This document shows positions 58,110 through 64,000 of a DNA stretch of 64,000 bases, piece by piece. Source of the stretch: Selaginella moellendorffii (lineage: Eukaryota > Plantae > Lycopodiophyta); assembly GCF_000143415.4 (NCBI RefSeq), contig NW_003314315.1, forward strand, positions 926,400 through 990,399. Reading direction: 5' to 3'. The notes under the pieces are model-generated. The model was not told where the DNA came from and searched no databases. It was given only the letters and a program-made list of their open reading frames with translations. The translations under genes were made by a program, and so were the position numbers. Within the stretch, counting starts at the first letter, position 1; each line of letters starts with the position of its first letter.

Positions 58110-58570
58110 ATGGCCTCGGGAGGGCCTCTTCTCGGTTTCGACGACCTCATCCATGATCTCAACAAAGACCCCTCTTCTCCGAATTTCCCCTGGTTGGATC
58201 GCCCATCAGCAGCGCAAGAAGATCATCATCTCCCTCTGGATCTCGATCTCGTAGACGTGCTTCCTCTTTCTTTCAATCCCAAGCAATACCATTGCAGGAA
58301 ATCCAGGAGACTTGCCGCGATCTTAATGCCGCATTGGAGCGCCCGGGCTACGCTTGGACCTCACTCAACCAGAAGGTGGGTCGCCTCGATCGTCGATTCC
58401 TCCGCAATTTCTCATGTGAGCTGTGTGGAAAATCTCACCTATGCACGAGCCTGGCGGCCGCAGCCGAGATCCTTCGAATCAGCCACGCGAATTTCGCGTC
58501 ATTGCTCCAGAAACTCCAAACCCTGCGCGCGATTGTTGGCAGGGGAGAAGGAACCCTAAAGATGCTATAA
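58110..58570 (+). CDS. Putative small uncharacterised protein (intron ~58251-58297)
   Basis: Two ORFs join in frame through a 47-nt GT-AG intron. Contains CELCGKSHLC. Confidence 0.45.
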
Positions 58571-58932
58571 ATGCCGATTTTCTAGGTTGAGTATATTCTC
58601 TTAGGGCAGGGCGTGCCATAAGGGTTTCCAACGACAGCGCGCCCCTCATCGATAGAGCTGGCTCTGCTCCATCTTCCCTGCGACGCGCGGTAAGTCTCCC
58701 TCTCCCTCAAGATCTATGCGCTAGAATTCTCGATTTTGCGCTAGAAATCTTGATTTCTACAGTAGGAATTGCTTTGGTCGGTGTGTGCTCGCATTTCAAG
58801 GGAGAATTCGCTGTGTGCTTTCTACCCGATTTTTTCGAGTACCAAAACTAATGGTTTTTTGTTCTTCTCTTTTGTATCCAGATTATCGAATCGAGAGTGT
58901 GAGGCTTCTTCCAAGAGGGCAATTGTTCTAGA

Positions 58933-59970
58933 ATGTTTGGAGGTGGATACAGAAAAGACGATGGATTGCCTGCTGTAAGCACTGCGAATATTTTCTCTGC
59001 GCTTGAGCGAAAATCCAGCAAGAAGAAGTTGGACAAGCATGCATTGCAAAGCAGCCAGAGTAAGCAGCAGGAGGACGCTGGCCAGTTTTGGGTGCCAAGT
59101 CCGGTTACCGTCAAGTCTTGGGCCGATGTCGAGGACGACGACGATTACTTTGCGACCACCGCACCGCTGCCAGCGATCTGGGGCCAGACAACAACAAAGT
59201 CCTCGCAGGAACCCTCCGTGAACCATGACTTGAATCACTTGGAGGTAACCATCTTTTCTCGTGGTTCTCCCCTCTCTTTCTTTTCTTCTTCTTCCTGATG
59301 GTACGCTTGTTTCTTGGACAGGATTCCGAGGTTGACGAGGATTTTGACGATGATGCCGACGAAGAGGTCGAAGAAGAGAAAAGCGAGGAAGCCGGTGTCG
59401 TGAGTTCAGGACAAGCTGAGCAACGTCCTCAAACTCCCACGGTACTTCGCGAGCTGGACAAGCAGCTCTCCAAGAAGGAGATCAAGAAGAAGGAATTGGC
59501 GGAGCTTGCGGCAGTCCTGGCCGAGTTTGGCGTTTCCACGGAGGAGACGAAGAAAGAAGCGAAGAACGGTACGTAACGAAATAACTCGCTTCCTTCCTTC
59601 TCTTCTCGGGCTTACCGGCTTTTAACTTCCAGAAGACGACGAGGATGCCGTTCCGAGCAACGACGGCGACGCTGCAAACAACGAGGCGGAGAGGAAGATC
59701 GCGAAGAAGAAGAAGCCCAAGAAGGAGAAGACCGCTCCTGCCGTGCCCGTGATCATGGAGGAGATCGAATCGAACGTGACGGCGGTCGCGGAGCCGATGG
59801 ACGTTCTCATCAAGAAGAAGCTGGTGGCGGGCAAAAAGAAGAAATCCGTCAAGGAGAACAGCTCCGCCGCCACGAGCAAAGTCGCCGCCGAGGCCGCCGC
59901 TCGAGCTGCAAAGCTGGCCGCCGCCAAGAAGAAGGAGAAGAGCCACTACAACCAGCAGCCAGCTCGTTGA
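58933..59970 (+). CDS. Conserved plant protein of unknown function (SWADVEDDDDY...HYNQQP family), 3 coding exons
   Basis: VKSWADVEDDDDYFATTAP; QLSKKEIKKKELAEL; KKKEKSHYNQQPAR. Confidence 0.85.
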
Positions 59971-60099
59971 TTGCCGCCATGGATCTCGATCGCTTTCCAT
60001 CCAGCAAGCTCCGGGACGCGAGAAAGAAAGATCACAAAGACAATGTTCTACCATCATTATATTATAAAGTCGTGTTCTTTGCCTATTGGCTGAATCTCT

Positions 60100-60262
60100 T
60101 TCGTGTCCTCTTCGTCTACAACGATCAAAAACTTGGAACTAACTTGCGTGAGCTCTTCGTCTGCACGATCAAAGTAGCAAGTATCCTAAACTCGAAGCTA
60201 ACTTGCGTGTCCTTGTCGTCTACACGATCAAAATCAGAGGACCAACGATCAAAATCTTCGCA
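60100..60262. repeat. Degenerate short direct repeats (3-4 copies)
   Basis: cgtg...tcgtct.cacgatcaaa recurs near 60102, 60146 and 60205. Confidence 0.75.
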
Positions 60263-60937
60263 GACACGAAACAAAGGATAATACTTGAAGAAACAAACGA
60301 TCTTACAAGGAAAAATTGCGTGATAAGACTGGATTACAATGAACTATCGCGTTTAAATCTTCTTCTTCTTCGAAAGATGAATGGAGGCATGTTCCAATAT
60401 CTCAGAACAGAAACGCTGCAGCGTTTTTGGACAAATAGCAGTGGTATGAGTAGCCATTTTTTGGTGTGTTTTTTTTCTCTTTTTGTTTGAGAAATCAGCA
60501 AAGAATCGTACCTTTGTTTGCAGTTCGTTGTCATCTTGCCAAAAGCGAATCTTATGATGGCAGCAACCACACAGACTTTTGAATGAATCGCCAGGAACGG
60601 AAGCCATGGATGGATTCATCACGAAGCCTGGAACCTGGAACCCAACAGCAGCAAGCAAGCAAAAAAGAATAGAAGCCAAGAGAAAGAATCGAGAAGATAA
60701 GAAAGAGCAGAAAATCAACCACGAGAAACTTACCCGCAGCGCAGCGAGTAAAATGTGTTCTTGAGAGGCTTCTTCTTTCCGACTGAAAACAACAGTTACT
60801 AGAAACGAAGAAAAGGAGAAGAAAGAATCTGCAGAAACGGGACGCACACGTAAGTGAGCAACAGAGAAAGGAGAAAAATCGAAGCTTTCCATCGATCGAG
60901 GACTGAGCGAGCAGAGAAATGAGGGACGCAAATTTGT

Positions 60938-61068
60938 AGCTGAGGGGAATGAAGCCTGGTCCGACACAACACGATCTCCAGATCAAACTGTGATGCTTGT
61001 TTCTCAACTTTGCGATTTGATCAGATCTCGGCGATGCTGTCTCGAGCCAGGCAGCACTCCCCGCAACA
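60938..61068 (-). ncRNA. MIR166: miR166 precursor hairpin (mature 60944-60964)
   Basis: Exact TCGGACCAGGCTTCATTCCCC on the minus strand; star arm GGAGTGCTGCCTGGCTCGAGAC at ~61039-61060. Confidence 0.97.
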
Positions 61069-61372
61069 TAAACCTCTTTGCTTCATCTTTCGCTCTAGAG
61101 TCTAATGTCTCGCTCGAACGATCGACTGCAAGATGTGGGAGAGCTTCTCTTTTTCCCTTCCTGGAAAGGATGATCCAGATCTACGTGCTGCTGCCATTCA
61201 CATCGCAGTGGATCGAATCGATCGATTAAATTACAGTGACCCAGCAAACAATTGCAGCGGGATGGAGAGGACTGAAGAGAGGAAGGAAAAAACGACTTCT
61301 TCTCAGGAAGAAAGTCAAGGAAAAGAGGAGCGAGCGAGCGAGCGAGGGAGAAATGGTCTGTCCGGCCACAAG

Positions 61373-61382
61373 CTTTTATAGA
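61373..61382 (-). promoter_or_regulatory. TATA box of pri-miR166
   Basis: CTATAAAAG on the minus strand, followed by a CT-rich leader, ~310 nt upstream of the hairpin. Confidence 0.7.
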
Positions 61383-63323
61383 AGAAGATTCAAGAAGGAA
61401 GGCACGCCAGTAACAATCAATCCTGGATCATAGAATAGATGGGTCAGCTGCCCCTAAAAACCTATCGATTTTTCTCACACACTCCACTCTCTCTCCGTGC
61501 TGCGCGAGCATTCATCCCACTGCTCCAGCGAAAAAAAAAATTGACACTCCACACATCCACAACCAAGACGAAGAAGAGGAGAAAGAAAGAATTCTTCCAC
61601 TCGTTTTGTCGCTACTTTTAGTTTTGCCCTAAAAAACACTCACAGACGGAATCAGCGTCACGTCACCGCCAAGTTGACGGCGCCGCTAACTTTGGCGCCC
61701 CTCGTACGGAAGCCCTGTCATTGGCGCATTATTACTTCCGTTGCCCTGTCTCGCCTAAATTTTTTCTTTTCTACGTGCTCCTCAACATTGTTATTTGTTT
61801 CCTGCCGTACAATGATTTTCCAACCATATCTATTTGGGCCAGGGCCTGGCCAGCCATCTGAATTTGGGCCAGGCAGGGCCGACGTGGCAGGGGCAACCAC
61901 GTGCGTGCATTTAATGGGCCTAGAGCGGTCATAAATAGGCCCATTGTCCCAAATGCATGGCATGGGCCACATTTCTTCCTCCTTGTACTGGGTGGAAAAA
62001 AACTTGGAACCTCTGTCCAACATGGACTAGTACTACCACTATTACTACTACTACCACAAATTCACTCATCCATCAAAACCATCCAGCCAAGCAAAGAACT
62101 TAAAATTCTGGTTTGACTAACACTCAAGCTTATGAGTGTGTATGATTCAACATACTTGTATCAAGCCCTGTATGTACATTGGTAGACAAATCAAACAAAC
62201 CCTCTAAGTACACAATTGCAACTGGGTGGTGTTTAGGGTTTGAAGATGGAATATTCTTTGCCTATACTACCACTCACCTGACCAGGTGGTTGCTCCATTG
62301 GGCATTGGAGATGGATTTATGGCCACCGTACAAGCTACACACACCCCTAGCAAAATTTTCTAGGTCCTCTTAAATATACTACTGGCTTGTCAAGTGTCTT
62401 ATAGTTTAGTTATAGTTTAGTAGAGCTGTTGTTCTAATAGTATTTTTTTGGATTTGATTATCGATCTCAAGTTTGGGATCAGCAAGATCTAAGCATCAGC
62501 AAGCGATCACCATAGTGTCGAGTCTTTATTTTGCAAGTATACACTGTTGTATGGCCTACGTAACGCGTAGGTGGTACAGCCCTAATGTCACCGACATTGC
62601 CCCCCGAAAAACATCTCCAGCTCCCGATTTAAGGATCACACCTTACCAAGCACGAGCAGCAGTGAGCGCAGTAGTAGCAGCAGCAGAGAAGCATTGAGTT
62701 TGAGACGTCTCTCTCATGTCATTTAAGTAGAAAAAAGAGAGGGTTTTATTTTTTCTTTAAAGAAGACGAAGACCAAGAAACAAAACAAGTTAAATTCAAG
62801 GAGATTCAGTTGCTCTACGATCACGGATCTCAAAAGATTCCCCCGCTGTTTTAAAAATACGCTGCTCTTTCAAGTCTTTGTCCGTGCTTGTAAAAGTTGC
62901 AGGCAAGCTGTGTGTTTTACCTCGTAAGTAGCCACCAAAGTCAAACAAGCAAAGCCAGCCAATGTGATACACATCGTATCAAGAAAATGCCCGCCACCTT
63001 TTCCTCTGTCTCTCTTTGCTTCGTTTTGTGTGTAGTTTTTGTATCGTTTTGCAAGGGAAAGAAGAGCGCCCATGAAGGAATTTCCTTCCTGGTGTAGATG
63101 AAACACGAAATCCGGCTGTGTACAAGTCAAACGCCAATCACAGAGAGTAAACTATGTTGTCTCGAGACCCGATCCCCAAGATAAGAAATGTTAGGACTAC
63201 GCGTCATCACCAAGTTGGGAGAGAAAACTATAATTTATAGATGATCCTGATACTGCTCATGAAAAAGAGTTCCATTTCTCCACTAAGATTTCAATTGTCT
63301 CACATGTGATGTGCTGAGGATCT

Positions 63324-64000
63324 ATGCAAGTGCACAATGTGGAGGAGATTCTTGCAAATCTATCGAGCACTTGCGATCTACTGGAGGGAAAGGTCCTCCA
63401 CTTTCAGATCGAGAGAAGCCCGCATTGCCATGACAGATTGGTGGCCAACTTTCTTGTCCAAATGTACGGCAGATGCGGTAGCCTCGAAGACGCTCGGAAA
63501 GTTTTTGACACCCTTAGCAATCCCAACGTTTTCTCCTGGACAATGCTCATCAAAGCATATGCCCAAAACGGGCATCTTGAAGGTGCACGAAGCATATTTG
63601 ATGCGATGCCTATCCGAGATCTTGTCGCATGGAACACCATGATAAAACTTTATACAGACAATTTTCGTTTGGATTCGGCTAGAACAATGTTCAACCTTAT
63701 GCCGCAAAGGGACGTTGTCTCCTGGAACTCCATGATCAAAGCAAATGCCCAATCCGGACATGTGGATAAGGCTAAAGATGTATTTGATTCCATGCCGGAA
63801 CACAATTTGATCTCGTGGAACTCGGTTCTCGCCACACTTGCTCAAGCTGGAAGAGAAGAAGCAGCGCAGGATGTGTTTGATCAAATGCAACTTCACGACC
63901 TAGTCTCGTGGACTGCGCTGCTCGTCGCATATACTCAAGCCGGGAATCTCCTTGTCGCAAAGTCAACGTTTGATAAAACGCCAGAACAAAACACAGTCTC
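63324..64000 (+). CDS. PPR protein with tandem 31-aa SS motifs (runs off the window end)
   Basis: Open frame from ATG 63324: LVQMYGRCGSLEDARKVFD, then repeated FDxMPxxDxVSWNxMI units. Absent from the ORF track because no stop falls inside the window. Confidence 0.9.
   Translation, partial: MQVHNVEEILANLSSTCDLLEGKVLHFQIERSPHCHDRLVANFLVQMYGRCGSLEDARKVFDTLSNPNVFSWTMLIKAYAQNGHLEGARSIFDAMPIRDLVAWNTMIKLYTDNFRLDSARTMFNLMPQRDVVSWNSMIKANAQSGHVDKAKDVFDSMPEHNLISWNSVLATLAQAGREEAAQDVFDQMQLHDLVSWTALLVAYTQAGNLLVAKSTFDKTPEQNTV

Noticed and set aside
60100-60262. CRISPR-like repeat-spacer pattern
   Set aside because: Eukaryotic context, degenerate repeats, irregular spacing, no cas genes.

Overview
Plant nuclear DNA, most likely the lycophyte Selaginella (inferred from ~50-nt introns, very short intergenic gaps, and PLS-class PPR genes including SS-motif arrays). 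1-11.9 kb is AT-rich transposon debris: a deletion-riddled OTU pseudogene, a 129-bp foldback element with a 5-bp target-site duplication (TSD), and a decayed Ty3/gypsy pol split by a 537-bp TRIM whose LTRs carry 5S rRNA-derived sequence (Cassandra-like), plus a second copy of that LTR. 12-64 kb is gene-dense: OTU deubiquitinase, a giant uncharacterised acidic ORF, DET2, reticulon, SAUL1-like U-box/ARM ligase, BBX, UEV1, SDR, EBS/SHL, TPR-SET, an atypical Dof with EAR-like motifs, four PPRs, ICL, RRP7, MAKR-like, FLA, RPN12, two mitoribosomal genes 53 nt apart, and MIR166. At 25.7-29.1 kb is a probable non-autonomous Helitron carrying LRR-RLK exons, a decayed intron-containing tRNA-Met, and a GA20ox-like 3' fragment flanked by a 39-bp direct repeat. 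All calls are from manual reading; no searches were run.
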